NCBI GenBank assembly: GCA_965215365.1
Contig: CBDCDS010000003.1
Location: 2,176,001-2,240,000 of the forward strand
Reading direction: 5' to 3'
DNA from: Gammaproteobacteria bacterium
GTDB lineage: Bacteria; Pseudomonadota; Gammaproteobacteria; Eutrophobiales; Eutrophobiaceae
DNA: 64,000 nucleotides
Shown: positions 10,338-20,039 of the stretch, one piece after another
Layout of the letters: the number at the start of each line of letters is the position of its first letter
Position numbering within the stretch: the stretch's first letter is position 1
Made by a program: the position numbers and the translations under genes
Notes under the pieces: generated by a model
The model's input: only the letters and a program-made list of their open reading frames with translations
What the model was told of the DNA's origin: nothing
Database searches by the model: none

Positions 10338-11483
10338 ATGACAGACACTGACGCCATCAGTGTGCGCCTGCGACAACCGGGGCCGATCCCGCTGGATGTG
10401 TCGCTGTCCTGCAACAGCGGCGAGATACTGGTCATTCTGGGCCCGTCCGGCAGCGGCAAGACTACCCTGCTCAGATCGATCAGCGGCTTGTACACGCCCG
10501 CGTCCGGCGCCATTCGTTGTCACGGGGAACAATGGCTGGATAGCGCCAACGGCATCAACCTGCCGGTGCAGCGCCGACGTATTGGCATGGTGTTTCAGCA
10601 GTACGCGCTGTTCCCCCACCTCACCGCCCTGCAGAATATCATGCTGGCCCTGCATAACGGTGCGCGCCGACACCGGCGCGACACCGCGCAAAACCTGTTG
10701 CGCGCCATGCACATGGAAGGTCTGGAAGAACGCTACCCGCAGCAGTTGTCGGGGGGGCAACAGCAGCGAGTGGCCCTGGCTCGAGCGCTGGCGCGCGAGC
10801 CCAGTGCACTGTTGCTGGACGAACCTTTCTCAGCCGTGGACCAGCAAACGCGCAGGAAACTGGTGCGGGAACTGGTGAGCCTGAAGCAACACTTCAAACT
10901 GCCCATTATCCACGTCACACATGACCTGAACGAGGCGCGCCGCATCGCCGACCGGCTGTGCATCATCCACCATGGCAAAACCCTGCAAAGCGCTGCGCCC
11001 GAACAGGTGATGAACCATCCCGACAGCGCCGCCATTGCCGCGCTCATCGGCCATTACAATATCTTTCGCGCCCGGGTGGCAGGGCACGATCAGCAGGCGC
11101 AGACTACCCGCATCGAATGGGGCAGCCTGACCCTGAACGCGCGCTATCGCCCGGAATTTGCCCCCGGCGTCGCGGCAGACTGGGTCATCCCCGCAGACAG
11201 TATCATCCTGCATCGTCGCGACCGTCCGTCCCAGGGGGAGCGCGAAAACCCGGTGCCGGGCCGCATTGAAGAACTGCTGCCCCTGGGCGAGCAGGCCGCG
11301 CTCACCATGAAGACCGCACAGGGCGAGTCACTCTACCTGAACATCCCCACCCACGTCGCCCGTCGCAACCAACTGAGCAAGGGCGGCGACCTCAGTGTCT
11401 CGCTGCTGGCGGAGCGGATACATTTGATGAAAATATCTAAGGAATTGTCCGCAGATGACACAGATGAACGCAGATTAAAATAA
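10338..11483 (+). CDS. modC: Molybdate ABC transporter ATP-binding protein
   Basis: GPSGSGKT, LSGGQQQRVALARAL, DEPFS, C-terminal TOBE-like region; follows modAB. Confidence 0.9.
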   Translation: MTDTDAISVRLRQPGPIPLDVSLSCNSGEILVILGPSGSGKTTLLRSISGLYTPASGAIRCHGEQWLDSANGINLPVQRRRIGMVFQQYALFPHLTALQNIMLALHNGARRHRRDTAQNLLRAMHMEGLEERYPQQLSGGQQQRVALARALAREPSALLLDEPFSAVDQQTRRKLVRELVSLKQHFKLPIIHVTHDLNEARRIADRLCIIHHGKTLQSAAPEQVMNHPDSAAIAALIGHYNIFRARVAGHDQQAQTTRIEWGSLTLNARYRPEFAPGVAADWVIPADSIILHRRDRPSQGERENPVPGRIEELLPLGEQAALTMKTAQGESLYLNIPTHVARRNQLSKGGDLSVSLLAERIHLMKISKELSADDTDERRLK

Positions 11484-11724
11484 GGAATTATCCGCAGATG
11501 ACACAGATGAACACAGATAATGACAAGAGGGATCAGGAAACTTATGAAATCATCGGGGCTGCTAAAGCCTTACAAAGAACATCGGGTCATGAGGAATCTC
11601 AGCTGATCAACTATCTGAAGGCCGCTGGGATGAACCGTGGGTTACTCATCAATTTTGGCGCCAGACAACTACAATACAAGAGACTCGTTTTTAATCTGCG
11701 TTCATCTGCGTCATCTGCGGACAA
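11445..11724. mobile_element. Inverted-repeat-bounded element enclosing a GxxExxY remnant
   Basis: Left arms at 11445-11476 and 11488-11518 (43-bp tandem duplication); right arm 11693-11724 is the reverse complement of the outer left arm with one mismatch. Confidence 0.7.
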
Positions 11725-11728
11725 ATAA
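11498..11728 (+). pseudogene. Internally deleted GxxExxY (PD-(D/E)XK-like) protein
   Basis: RDQETYEIIGAA joined directly to KALQ..EESQLINYLKAAGMNRGLLINFG..LQYKRLV; central GxxExxY/catalytic segment missing. Confidence 0.85.
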
Positions 11729-11729
11729 G

Positions 11730-13355
11730 TCAACTGTTAATAACAGGCGCCGCCGCCAGTAACGCCTGGGTGTACTCGTGTCGAGGTGCTGCTAAAACCT
11801 GACTGGTTTCGCCCTGTTCCACAATTTTACCCTGGCGCATCACGGCCACTTCGTGGGCGAAGTTGCTGATCAGGTTGACGTTGTGGGTGATAAACAGGCA
11901 GGCCAGCTTCAATTGTTGTTGTAATTCGGTCAGCAATGCCATGATGCGCGCCTGTACCGTGACATCAAGGGCACTGGTGGGTTCGTCGCAGACCAGCAGT
12001 TGCGGCCGCACTGCCAGCGCCCTGGCAATGCAGATGCGTTGCCGTTGCCCGCCGGAAAACTCGTGCGGGTAACGGTACTTGTGGCCCGGTTCCAGGCCAA
12101 CCTGTTCCAGCAGGCGGTCGATTGACGCCTGACGCTGCCCGGCAGTCTGTGCCGTACCCAGGGTGAGCATACCTTCCTCAATAATGTCCTTTACCTTGAA
12201 CTGCGGGTCCATGGAGGAAAATGGGTCCTGGAATACGACCTGCATGTACGTCCGGCGGCGGCGCAGCTGTTGCGGGCTGAGCCCGGACAGGCTCTCACCG
12301 GCCAGACAGACTGTGCCGGCCGCCGGTTGCAGCAGTTGCAGAATGCCTTTGCCAAGCGTGGTCTTGCCGGAGCCGGACTCGCCTACCAGTGCCAGGGTAC
12401 GGCCGCGCGCCAGCGTCAGCGACACACCCTCTACTGCATTGAAGTAGCTGGCCGGGCGCCCAAACCAGCCTGGTTTAATGGGGAAACGGATGTGCAGGTT
12501 GTTGACTTGCAGCAGGGGGCTGTGGTGTTTGTTGCCAGCCTCACTGACTTCAGGTTTGCGCGCGCTAACCCCGGACCCCATAGCCCTAGCTACTGCCAGC
12601 AGTTGTTGGGAATAGGAATGCTGCGGCTGACGAAAAAACTCGTTTGCAGGGCCGGTTTCCACCAGCCGGCCGCGGCGCATGACGGCGACGCGACCCGCCA
12701 CCTGGGCGGCCACAGCCAGATCGTGGGTGATAAACAGCATGGCCATGCCGGTCTCGCGCTGTAGCTTGTGCAGCAGCGCCAGAATGCGCGCCTGGGTGGT
12801 GACATCCAGTGCCGTAGTGGGTTCATCGGCGATAAGCAGCTCAGGTTCTCCGGCCAGGGCCGTGGCCAGCATGACCCGCTGTTTCATGCCGCCGGAGTAC
12901 TGGTGCGGGTAGTCATGCAGGCGGCGGGCGGGGTCCGGTAGCTCCACGGCCGCCAGTAATTCGACCACCCGCTGCCGTAGCGCCCGGCCACGCAACCCGC
13001 GCCGGCGCAGCGCCTCGCCCACCTGTACGCCTACCGTCAGCGCCGGATTCAGCGAGCTGTGCGGTTCCTGAAAGATCATGGCAAGCTGCCGCCCGCGCAG
13101 GGCGCGCAGGCGCCGTGTAGACAGGGTGGCAAGGTCGCGGTCATGCAGCCGGATGCTGCCGCTGACTGCGGCTGAGCCGGGCAACAGCCTGAGCAGGCTC
13201 AGCGCAGTCACGGACTTGCCACTGCCCGATTCACCTAGCAACGCCAAAGTCTCCCCGGCCTGAATTTGGAAAGACACGCCGGCAACGGCAGGCGCGTCGC
13301 TGCCAAAGCGCACCGTCAGGGAGTCAATATTGAGTAACTCAGCCATAGCTCGCAT
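11730..13355 (-). CDS. Dual-domain peptide ABC transporter ATP-binding protein (YejF/GsiA-like)
   Basis: Two GESGSGK motifs, [12 protein letters not shown] and [22 protein letters not shown]. Confidence 0.93.
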   Translation of the reverse strand: MRAMAELLNIDSLTVRFGSDAPAVAGVSFQIQAGETLALLGESGSGKSVTALSLLRLLPGSAAVSGSIRLHDRDLATLSTRRLRALRGRQLAMIFQEPHSSLNPALTVGVQVGEALRRRGLRGRALRQRVVELLAAVELPDPARRLHDYPHQYSGGMKQRVMLATALAGEPELLIADEPTTALDVTTQARILALLHKLQRETGMAMLFITHDLAVAAQVAGRVAVMRRGRLVETGPANEFFRQPQHSYSQQLLAVARAMGSGVSARKPEVSEAGNKHHSPLLQVNNLHIRFPIKPGWFGRPASYFNAVEGVSLTLARGRTLALVGESGSGKTTLGKGILQLLQPAAGTVCLAGESLSGLSPQQLRRRRTYMQVVFQDPFSSMDPQFKVKDIIEEGMLTLGTAQTAGQRQASIDRLLEQVGLEPGHKYRYPHEFSGGQRQRICIARALAVRPQLLVCDEPTSALDVTVQARIMALLTELQQQLKLACLFITHNVNLISNFAHEVAVMRQGKIVEQGETSQVLAAPRHEYTQALLAAAPVINS

Positions 13356-13364
13356 ATCTCATTG

Positions 13365-14723
13365 TTAATCTGCGTCAGCGGCAGATAAATCTCCAGCAGG
13401 TTGCCGCATCAGGTAAATGACCAGCAACAGCGCCGGCAGGCCCAGCGCGCCGGCGTACAGGAAGAACCAGGCGTAGTTGGCGACCTCGACTACGATGCCA
13501 GAGAAGCCACCGACGATCTTGGCAGGGAGAGTCATCAGAGAGGAAAACAAGGCGTACTGAGTGGCGGTATAGGTGGTATTGGTCAGACTCGACAAGTAGG
13601 CGATGAAAGCTGAGGTGGCAAAACCACCGCTGAGGTTATCCATGCTGATGACCACCGCCAGACTGGTCAGGTTCGGTTCGCTCAGCGCCAGCCAGACAAA
13701 GAACAGGTTGGTCACGGGCACCAGGATGGCGCCCACCAGCAACGGTCGGTAAATGCCGTAGCGCAGCACCAGGACGCCGCCCAGGCCGGCGCCGAGAAGG
13801 GTCATAAAAAACCCGAATATCTTGGTGATATTGGCAATTTCGACCTTGCTGAAACCCAGGTCCAGATAGAACGGGTTAGCCATCACCCCCATGGTGATGT
13901 CGCTGAGGCGGAAGCTGCCGATCAGCAACAGGATCAACAAAGCCGGCAACCCATGGCGGCGGAAGAATTCGGCAAAGGGGCTGAGTACGGCACCGGTGAA
14001 CCAGGCCGCGCACCGGCTGAGCACAGGCGCGTGACCTTGTAAGCCCAGTTTTCCTGCCAGCTCACGTTCCAACTGCGCGGCAGACTCGGATACCGGGTGC
14101 TCCGGTTCGGCAATCAACAGGGTCGTGACGATACCTATGCCCATCAGTGCCGCCATGGTGAAATACGCATACTGCCAGGATTGGGCCGCAGCAATATAGA
14201 AGGCACCGGCGCCGGCCACCAGCAACGCCACGCGGTAGCCGAACACATAGCTAGCTGCCATCGCTCCCTGTAATAGTCGCTCCACCGCCTCAATACGGTA
14301 CGCGTCAATCGTGATGTCCTGAGTGGCGGAACCGAACGCAACCAGCAACGCAAACAGCGCGAGCTGCTGCAAGTGTGCCTGCGGATCGCTCAGGGCCATC
14401 CCGGCCAGACCCAGGGCAATCAGCAGCTGAGCCGATAACATCCAGGCACGCCGTTTGCCCAGCCGCCCGTTCAGGAAAAAAATCGGTGTCCGATCCACCA
14501 CCGGTGCCCAGAATACCTTGATTGAATAGGTAATGCCTATCCAACTGAAAAACCCGATGGTGGACAGGGCCAGCCCGGCATCACGCAACCATGCGGACAG
14601 GGTGGAAAACACCAGCAGGAACGGCAGCCCCGCGGAAAAACCAAGGAAACTCATGGCAATGACGCGCGGGCGGCGGTAAACCGCCAATGCCGTGCGCCAG
14701 TCTGTGCCGGCTTTATCGGTCAT
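13365..14723 (-). CDS. ampG: Muropeptide MFS transporter
   Basis: LGFSAGLPFLL, KVFWAPVVD, SATQDITIDAYRIE, YTATQYALFSS. Confidence 0.93.
   Translation of the reverse strand: MTDKAGTDWRTALAVYRRPRVIAMSFLGFSAGLPFLLVFSTLSAWLRDAGLALSTIGFFSWIGITYSIKVFWAPVVDRTPIFFLNGRLGKRRAWMLSAQLLIALGLAGMALSDPQAHLQQLALFALLVAFGSATQDITIDAYRIEAVERLLQGAMAASYVFGYRVALLVAGAGAFYIAAAQSWQYAYFTMAALMGIGIVTTLLIAEPEHPVSESAAQLERELAGKLGLQGHAPVLSRCAAWFTGAVLSPFAEFFRRHGLPALLILLLIGSFRLSDITMGVMANPFYLDLGFSKVEIANITKIFGFFMTLLGAGLGGVLVLRYGIYRPLLVGAILVPVTNLFFVWLALSEPNLTSLAVVISMDNLSGGFATSAFIAYLSSLTNTTYTATQYALFSSLMTLPAKIVGGFSGIVVEVANYAWFFLYAGALGLPALLLVIYLMRQPAGDLSAADAD
13367..13388 (-). repeat. Truncated GCAGAT-family arm in ampG 3' end
   Basis: Minus strand TTATCTGCCGCTGACGCAGATT encodes LSAADAD-stop. 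Confidence 0.55.
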
Positions 14724-14735
14724 CGGATACTGGGG

Positions 14736-16439
14736 CTAATTTTGCAGCGCCTCTGCCGACATGTGGTGTTTGGGATGGACCGGACGCATGAGGGCATTGC
14801 TGGCCAGGGCAATGGCCAGTAGCAGAGCCATAAGATACATGGTGCTGTTGTACAGGTTGGGGGTCGGGTCTATGACGCCGGCCGGGGCGATATCCATGAG
14901 GCTGGCGATAGTCACGGTTTTGGCCTCGAGCAGCGCCGGCAACTGCTCGATGCCGGCGCCGAACGCCTCGGCGAATGTTGCCGGGTCGATCTTTGCAACC
15001 AGCTCGTCGATCGCCCGGGCCACGGCGTTCTCCCGCAACGAAGTGATGGCCAGCGGCCCCAGCACGCCGGCGGTGCTCCACGCGGTGAGCAGACGACCAT
15101 GGATGCCGCCCACGTAGCGGGTGCCGAATATATCTGCCAGATAAGCGGGAATAGTGGCAAAACCGCCGCCGTACATGGTGAAGATAATCATGGTGGCGGC
15201 GTAGAAATACACCAGCCAGACCACTGCCGGGTTGACGCTGACCTGCCGCGCAGTATAAGGGATGGAACAGTACAGCAGGATACCCAGCGCAAAGAAGATC
15301 CAGTAGGTATTGCGGCGTCCGATATAATCCGAGGTGCTGGCCCAGATGAACCGCCCCACCATGTTGAAAACGCTGATCATCACCACGTAGGTCGCGGCGA
15401 AGGCTCCGTCCACAACCTGTGGCAAGGTAGTGCCGAAGATCTCGCTCATCATGGTCTTGGCCACGCCCAGTACGCCGATGCCTGCGGTCACGTTAAAACA
15501 GAGCACGATCCACAACTGGTAGAACTGGCGGGTCTTGAGCGCCTGATCGATGTCCACATGGTTGCGCGTCATCATCTTTTTTTCCGCATGCGCCTCATCC
15601 GGCGGCGTCCAGCCTGCCGGCTGCCAGCCGGGCGCCGGCACGCGGTAGGAGAACGCAGCAACCATCATGATCACGAAATAAATAATGCCCATGGTGAAGA
15701 AAGTCTGGGCAATGCCGACCGAGCCGGTGCCCACCAGATAGACGCCTTCGGCGCCGGGCATGACCATCTGCGCCACTTCATTGGCACCGATCACAACCAC
15801 TTCGCGCAATTCCCCGCCGACTTCCGCAAAGCGCCGACCGGCGCGGGTGACCAGTTCCAGCTCCGTCACTGCGCCCAGGTAGTCGGGCGCCCGGTAATAA
15901 TGCCTGATAAAAAATTCTTTCAGCGGCGCGCCGATCATGGCGCCGCCGCCGAAACCCATGATAGCCATGCCTGTGGCCATACCACGCCGGTCCGGGAACC
16001 AGCGGATCAAGGTGCTCACCGGCGACACATAGCCCAGGCCCAGGCCGCATCCCCCCAGCACACCATAGCCCAGGTACAGCAACCATAACTGGTGCGTGAC
16101 GATACCGATGCCGCCGATAATAAAGCCGCCGCCCCAGCAGCAGGCCGACACCACGCCCACCATACGCGGCCCCACCTGCTCCAGCCACCTGCCGGCGATG
16201 GCCGCAGCCAGCCCCAGCACGACAATCGACACGGTGAAGATCCACACCACCTCCTTCAGCGTCCAGTCATCAGCAGCGCTGAGCACCACCCCGACCTGCT
16301 TGATCAGAGCGGGATTGAAAATACTCCAGGCATAGACCGAACCGATACACAGGTGAATGCCAAGAGCCGCAGGAACGATCAACCAGCGATTGAACCCCGG
16401 CTGCGCGATGATGTGCTGTTTGGACAGGATGCCCGACAT
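14736..16439 (-). CDS. OFA-family (oxalate/formate antiporter-like) MFS transporter
   Basis: IHLCIGSVYAWS, YVSPVSTLIRWFPDRRGMATGMAIMGFGGG, MYGGGFATIPAYLAD. Confidence 0.9.
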   Translation of the reverse strand: MSGILSKQHIIAQPGFNRWLIVPAALGIHLCIGSVYAWSIFNPALIKQVGVVLSAADDWTLKEVVWIFTVSIVVLGLAAAIAGRWLEQVGPRMVGVVSACCWGGGFIIGGIGIVTHQLWLLYLGYGVLGGCGLGLGYVSPVSTLIRWFPDRRGMATGMAIMGFGGGAMIGAPLKEFFIRHYYRAPDYLGAVTELELVTRAGRRFAEVGGELREVVVIGANEVAQMVMPGAEGVYLVGTGSVGIAQTFFTMGIIYFVIMMVAAFSYRVPAPGWQPAGWTPPDEAHAEKKMMTRNHVDIDQALKTRQFYQLWIVLCFNVTAGIGVLGVAKTMMSEIFGTTLPQVVDGAFAATYVVMISVFNMVGRFIWASTSDYIGRRNTYWIFFALGILLYCSIPYTARQVSVNPAVVWLVYFYAATMIIFTMYGGGFATIPAYLADIFGTRYVGGIHGRLLTAWSTAGVLGPLAITSLRENAVARAIDELVAKIDPATFAEAFGAGIEQLPALLEAKTVTIASLMDIAPAGVIDPTPNLYNSTMYLMALLLAIALASNALMRPVHPKHHMSAEALQN

Positions 16440-16562
16440 GATTTACCCCCCTGCTATTTGACGACGTTTGACGTTACGCCCCGCCGCAGCCCGCAGACCC
16501 GGGCGGCAGGGCGAACCATTGTAACGCGAATGGAACGGCTGTTGTAGAACCTTGTGGCCCTT

Positions 16563-16571
16563 TGCTATACT
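16563..16571 (+). promoter_or_regulatory. Extended -10 promoter, probably leaderless transcript
   Basis: TGcTATACT 6 nt before ATG 16578; no SD sequence. Confidence 0.5.
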
Positions 16572-16577
16572 GTGGGC

Positions 16578-16817
16578 ATGAAACTCACTCAAGAAACCTT
16601 TGCCATTCTCGGTGTCGGAGCTGGCCTGCTGGTCGGACTGGGAGGGCTGCAAATCAGTTTGCACGGTGATTTATCCCGGCGTATTGATACTCTGGCTACC
16701 GGGCAGGCGGAGGTGCGTGAACGGTTGGCCCGCGTTGAGACTCGCCTTTCACTCCCGAACATTACCGACACCGCTACGGTTGCTGGCATCGAACCGGCTG
16801 GCAGCCCGGACCGGTAG
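16578..16817 (+). CDS. Small TM + coiled-coil protein
   Basis: [16 protein letters not shown] then [22 protein letters not shown]; same architecture as 937-1431. Confidence 0.7.
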   Translation: MKLTQETFAILGVGAGLLVGLGGLQISLHGDLSRRIDTLATGQAEVRERLARVETRLSLPNITDTATVAGIEPAGSPDR

Positions 16818-16849
16818 CTGCTGCCCCACGCTTGCACAGGGGCGGGATT

Positions 16850-17854
16850 ATGATGAGACGGAACGGCGATACACTCATCGATAATTTCGGCCGCACGGTC
16901 AATTACGTCCGTATCTCGGTGACCGACCGGTGTGACTTCCGTTGTGTCTATTGTATGGATGAAGAGATGCAGTTCGTGCCCCGGGCCAAACTGCTGTCGC
17001 TGGAAGAGCTTGCAGAAATTGCCCGGGCCTTTACTGAACTGGGTGTCGGCAAGATCCGCATTACCGGCGGCGAACCGCTGCTCCGGCGTAATATCGTCAA
17101 GCTGTTCCGCGACATAGGCCGCCTGGAAGGGCTGCGCGAGCTGGTACTGACTACCAACGGCTCACAATTACCAAAACTGGCGGGCGAGTTGCAAGACGCC
17201 GGGGTAAAACGCATCAATATCAGCCTGGATTCCCTGGACCCGGACAAATTCAGGCGGCTGACCCGAGTCGGTGAACTGGGCAAGGTGTTGGCGGGTATTG
17301 ATGCGGCGCTGGCGACCGGCTTCGAGCGCCTCAAGCTCAATGCGGTCATTTTGAAAAACCGCAATGACGATGAGGTGGTTGACCTAGTAGAGTTCGCCTC
17401 AGTACGCGGCCTGGACATCAGTTTCATAGAGGAGATGCCGCTGGGCGTGATCGGTGAGCATGACCGCGCCGAGGTCTATTATTCCAGCGACGAGATCAAG
17501 GCTGACCTAGAACGCCATTATACGCTGCTGCCCACGCTCGATACCACCGGCGGCCCCTCACGTTACTACCGGCTCGTCGAAACCGACACCCGCGTGGGCT
17601 TTATCTCTCCACACAGCCATAACTTCTGCGACAGTTGCAACCGGGTCCGGCTCACTTGTGAGGGGCGCCTGCTGCTGTGTCTCGGTCAGGAGCATTCGGT
17701 GGACCTGCGTCAGGTCGTCCGTGCTCATCCCGGAGACAGGGAGCGGTTAAAGCAGGCCATCCGTGCCGCCATGGCCATCAAACCCAAGGGGCATGAGTTT
17801 GATCTGGCTGTCAAACCCGTCATTTTCCGCCACATGAATATGACCGGAGGCTAA
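16850..17854 (+). CDS. moaA: GTP 3',8-cyclase
   Basis: [32 protein letters not shown]-terminal GG. Confidence 0.97.
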   Translation: MMRRNGDTLIDNFGRTVNYVRISVTDRCDFRCVYCMDEEMQFVPRAKLLSLEELAEIARAFTELGVGKIRITGGEPLLRRNIVKLFRDIGRLEGLRELVLTTNGSQLPKLAGELQDAGVKRINISLDSLDPDKFRRLTRVGELGKVLAGIDAALATGFERLKLNAVILKNRNDDEVVDLVEFASVRGLDISFIEEMPLGVIGEHDRAEVYYSSDEIKADLERHYTLLPTLDTTGGPSRYYRLVETDTRVGFISPHSHNFCDSCNRVRLTCEGRLLLCLGQEHSVDLRQVVRAHPGDRERLKQAIRAAMAIKPKGHEFDLAVKPVIFRHMNMTGG

Positions 17855-17878
17855 GCAACAAAACATGGAATTCTCGTT

Positions 17879-17984
17879 CGTCATTGCTGTGCAAGCAGAA
17901 ATCCGGTCAAACGAACAATTCCTTATCAGGGTGCGCGAACAACGCGTGTTTATCCACTGGCTTCCTGCTTGCGCAGGAATGACG
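17879..17984. repeat. REP-like inverted pair (GTCATTCC-type)
   Basis: CGTCATTGCTGTGCAAGCAGAAATCC ... GGCTTCCTGCTTGCGCAGGAATGACG. Confidence 0.75.
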
Positions 17985-17994
17985 TAGCATCGAC

Positions 17995-18861
17995 ATGAAT
18001 AATTTGTCACGGCAACACCCGGCAATGACCGATGCCGGCCTTAACCCTACCAGCGCCGTCGAAGCGATTGATGAATTTCATAATGTGCGGGAGCTGCACA
18101 TTGCCGAGGAGCGGCCGTTGACCATTTACGTGGACAGCTACGAGATCGTGACCCTGATGACCCTGGGCAAGACCCCGGAGCTGCTGACCCTGGGCTACCT
18201 GAAGAATCAGGGTATTGTTACGGACCTCAATGAGATTCGCGCGGTGCAGGTGGATTGGGAGGTCAATGCCGCCGCGGTGACGACCTGGTCAGAACGGGAC
18301 GACTGGAAAGAGCGGCTGGGGCCGAGAATAGTAACTACCGGTTGTGGCCAGGGCACGGTATATGGTGACATCCTGGAGCAAATCAATCGGATTGAGCTAC
18401 CGGAGCTGCGCCTCAGACAATCCGACATCTACGCCCTGTTGAAAAATCTGGCCCATTACAACGACGTCTATAAAAGCGCCGGCGCAGTGCATGGCTGCGC
18501 CCTGTGCACCGGTACCGACGTATCCGTTTTCATCGAAGATGTGGGTCGCCACAACGCCGTGGATGCGATCGCCGGGCAGATGTGGCTGGAAGGCACCTCG
18601 GGCCATGACAAGCTGTTTTACACCACCGGCCGCCTGACCTCGGAGATGGTCATGAAGGTGGCGCAAATGGGTATCCCGGCGCTGCTGTCCCGTTCCGGCA
18701 TTACCCAAATGGGGCTGAAACTGGCAAAGGATTTTGGAGTGACCCTGTTTTCCCGCGCCAAGGGCACGCATTTCCTAGTGTATAACGGTGCTGAACATAT
18801 TGAATTTGATGTGTCGCTGCCACCGAAACGCGCGCTGGCCAACTTAAAACGCGCCGACTGA
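17995..18861 (+). CDS. fdhD: Formate dehydrogenase accessory sulfurtransferase
   Basis: TTGCGQGT, AGAVHGCAL, EDVGRHNAVD, TTGRLTSEMV. Confidence 0.95.
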   Translation: MNNLSRQHPAMTDAGLNPTSAVEAIDEFHNVRELHIAEERPLTIYVDSYEIVTLMTLGKTPELLTLGYLKNQGIVTDLNEIRAVQVDWEVNAAAVTTWSERDDWKERLGPRIVTTGCGQGTVYGDILEQINRIELPELRLRQSDIYALLKNLAHYNDVYKSAGAVHGCALCTGTDVSVFIEDVGRHNAVDAIAGQMWLEGTSGHDKLFYTTGRLTSEMVMKVAQMGIPALLSRSGITQMGLKLAKDFGVTLFSRAKGTHFLVYNGAEHIEFDVSLPPKRALANLKRAD

Positions 18862-18883
18862 ATCACCCGCTCCGTTCCCCACG

Positions 18884-19477
18884 ATGAAAAAAACCGGCAT
18901 TACCGGCGCAGTCCTTGCAGGCGGGGAGGCAAGGCGCATGGGCGGCGGCGACAAGGGGCTAGTAGAACTGTGCGGTAAGCCCCTGGTCGAGTATGCACTG
19001 ACCGCGCTGTCCCCCCAGGTTGATACGGTCATCATCAATGCCAACCGCAATCGGGAGCGCTATGCCGCCTACGGCCACCCCGTGATTGCGGATAGCAGGC
19101 AGGGCTTCCAGGGACCTCTGGCCGGGATGTTGAGTTGCCTGAAAGCAGCCGAGACGGAGTTGCTGGTGACAGTCCCCTGTGATTCACCGTTGCTGCCCGA
19201 GGATCTGGTCTCTCGCCTGTTCCGGCAACTGCGCGCACAACAGGCAGACCTCAGCGTTGCCCACAACGGCGCCCGGATGCAACCGGTCTTTGCGCTCATG
19301 TCCACCTCCCTGGCCTCATCCGTACAGGCATTTCTCGGGCGCGGTGAGCGCAAAATAGATCGCTGGTTTGAACAACACAAGCTGGCAGTAACCGATTTTT
19401 CCGACAAACCGGACTGCTTCAGGAACGTCAATGCCCCGGATGAACTGGCACAGTTGGAGGCGCAGTTGCATGCCTGA
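18884..19477 (+). CDS. mobA: Molybdenum cofactor guanylyltransferase
   Basis: LAGGEARRMGGGDKG, GPLAG, VPCDSP, NVNAPDEL. Confidence 0.95.
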   Translation: MKKTGITGAVLAGGEARRMGGGDKGLVELCGKPLVEYALTALSPQVDTVIINANRNRERYAAYGHPVIADSRQGFQGPLAGMLSCLKAAETELLVTVPCDSPLLPEDLVSRLFRQLRAQQADLSVAHNGARMQPVFALMSTSLASSVQAFLGRGERKIDRWFEQHKLAVTDFSDKPDCFRNVNAPDELAQLEAQLHA

Positions 19478-20006
19478 GCGCCCGGAAGTGCCGTTGATGG
19501 GTTTCGCCGCCTGGAGCGGCACCGGGAAAACCACCCTGCTGGTCAACCTGCTGGGGATATTCACCGCCCGCGGCCTGCACGTGGGTGTTATCAAACATGC
19601 TCACCACACCTTTGAAATCGATTATCCGGGCAAGGACAGCTACGAACTGCGCAAAGCCGGCGCCAGTCAGGTGCTGATTGGCTCTGACAAACGCTGGGCG
19701 CTGTTGGTGGAGCATCAGGACGAGGATGACAAACCCCAGGATAAGCCCTTGGCATACCACCTCCGACACCTGGACCTGGAGCACCTGGACCTGATTCTGG
19801 TGGAAGGCTTCAAACCCGAAGCCATTCCCAAAATAGAACTGCACCGCCCCAGCCTGGGACATGATTTACTGTATCCTGGTGATGAAAGTATCATTGCGGT
19901 GGCGACCGACACGGAGTCGTCCGTCGCCACCGATTTACCACTGCTGGACCTGAACGACCCACAACAGATCGCACAGTTTATTATTGACCGCTACAGTCTG
20001 AGCTAA
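19470..20006 (+). CDS. mobB: MGD biosynthesis protein B
   Basis: AAWSGTGKTTL, IKHAHH, DYPGKDS, LVEGFK. Confidence 0.95.
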   Translation: MPERPEVPLMGFAAWSGTGKTTLLVNLLGIFTARGLHVGVIKHAHHTFEIDYPGKDSYELRKAGASQVLIGSDKRWALLVEHQDEDDKPQDKPLAYHLRHLDLEHLDLILVEGFKPEAIPKIELHRPSLGHDLLYPGDESIIAVATDTESSVATDLPLLDLNDPQQIAQFIIDRYSLS

Positions 20007-20039
20007 CGGCGGATTTAATCCTGTTTATCCTGCATCTCC

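Noticed and set aside
11438-11520. Two direct repeats 43 bp apart as a mini-CRISPR
   Set aside because: There is no unique spacer of CRISPR length and no cas genes; it is a tandem duplication of the dispersed GCAGAT arm.
15099-16088. 329-aa antisense ORF (likewise 26672-27613, 39918-40865, 58894-59772)
   Set aside because: These are antisense shadows of well-supported genes, expected in GC-rich coding DNA.
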